Origin: the human T2T-CHM13v2.0 reference genome, Homo sapiens
Assembly: GCF_009914755.1 (NCBI RefSeq)
Contig: NC_060947.1
Strand: one strand, 5' to 3'
DNA length: 64,000 nt
A model generated the notes under the pieces. The model was not told the origin of the DNA, did no database searches, and saw only the letters and a list, made by a program, of their open reading frames with translations. Positions 63,371 through 64,000 of the stretch are shown here, in pieces; positions within the stretch are counted from its first letter, which is position 1, and every line of letters starts with the position of its first letter. Position numbers and translations under genes: made by a program.

Positions 63371-64000
63371 GGTGCCTCGTGTCTTAGGGGGAGGGGGGTT
63401 GGTGAAGCAAGGTGGAGTGAGCCTGAGAGTGGAAGCGAAGAAATTACCATGTGAATTGCCAGGGGATGCAAGTTGCTGCCTGTGCCCTGTTTCTTCTACA
63501 TTAACTACCTGGATGTGCTGCTTCCCTTGCTACAACCGCAGTAATATTCAGAAGCTTGAATATAAGATTTCCAAGTTAATTGGCTGTAGGGTGGTTGGGT
63601 TTTTTTTTTTTTAATGTAATGATGGCAGAAGACAACAGATTCACTCTTTTTAAAAAGTTACTTTACATATATGTACAATATATAAAGCCATATTTCTAAT
63701 TTAAAAAATAGCAAAATGTAAATAACAGAACAGCTGTGTTTTACAGAAACAAATCCAGTGTGTATGTGTTATTTAAACCCACGGTAATTATATTAATTGG
63801 TTCGTTTTAAAGTGTATTTTAGGTATTTCTTAAAACGGACTCAGAATTTAGGGATTAGGAACCCCTGAGTTTTAATTTGGCTTTTTGTCATAGTTCTAAA
63901 ATGTCAATTTCATGGAAATTACTAAATGAGGTTGTTTAGAAAAATGGGTTCTTTTTCTTCCAGGTTGGCAGCATTTTCAGATCTGGCAAAGGACAGAATT

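Overview
Primate (human-like) genomic DNA, mostly intronic and rich in repeats. I count about 40 Alu elements, several old L1 fragments mostly on the + strand, L2/MIR relics, MaLR LTRs and DNA-transposon fossils (MER1B, MER58A, MER5, MER47A). A CpG island at about 61.8-63.4 kb looks like the promoter of a gene transcribed on the - strand. That gene has candidate 5' exon(s) in the island and a well-formed 98-nt exon at 60871-60968; the rest of the window reads as one long intron. I recognise no protein-coding exon and cannot name the gene. Most ORFs in the track are repeat-derived or chance ORFs. I found no convincing new biological system. The best leads are: a four-layer nested insertion containing a twin-primed L1PA, two zero-spacer inverted Alu pairs, a triple target-site duplication (TSD), a strong CTCF motif, a repeat-poor block with candidate exons and enhancers, and possible antisense splicing across the CpG island. 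Repeat family calls come from recalled consensus sequences; boundaries of old elements are approximate.
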